From Chara braunii (lineage: Eukaryota > Plantae > Charophyceae): a DNA stretch of 48,866 bases. Under the pieces are notes generated by a model. It did no database searches. It saw only the letters and a list, made by a program, of their open reading frames with translations, and was not told where the DNA came from. Both the position numbers and the translations under genes were made by a program. Location: the NCBI GenBank assembly GCA_003427395.1, contig BFEA01000029.1, forward strand, positions 3,148,041-3,196,906. The letters run 5' to 3'. Below, in pieces: positions 48,865-48,866 of the stretch (its first letter is position 1; every line of letters starts with the position of its first letter).

Positions 48865-48866
<2 letters not shown>

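Noticed and set aside
44621-48866. Search for the kinase N-lobe exons (GxGxxG, VAxK, LGxxL)
   Set aside because: No convincing motif found; the ORFs at 47703-48005 and 48535-48735 are not kinase-like, so the 5' exons probably lie outside the window

Overview
This is eukaryotic draft-assembly DNA: long repeat-rich introns, (CT/GA)n tracts, N gaps and a Nextera mate-pair junction adapter left in the contig. It resembles a large-genome green alga or streptophyte, but the taxon cannot be proven from sequence alone. One gene dominates the window, on the minus strand. I assembled 14 GT-AG exons (44620 down to 1347) whose phases join into one open frame of 5649 nt (1882 aa plus stop); the kinase N-lobe exons appear to lie beyond base 48866. 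The protein begins with a clear tau-tubulin-kinase (TTBK, CK1 superfamily) C-lobe. It continues with an RE/RD-rich stretch, two CCCH zinc fingers, a Gly/Pro-rich disordered region, a segment that aligns by eye to the hnRNP Q/R (SYNCRIP) N-terminal acidic/NURR RNA-binding domain, and a ~750-aa charged tail. This looks like an unusual RNA-binding TTBK and is the main finding. The introns hold several MITE families, a tRNA-derived SINE-like head, LINE remnants, an orphan ABCC-transporter exon, a long hairpin, a possible piggyBac remnant and local tandem duplications. Most ORFs in the supplied track are antisense or low-complexity shadows.
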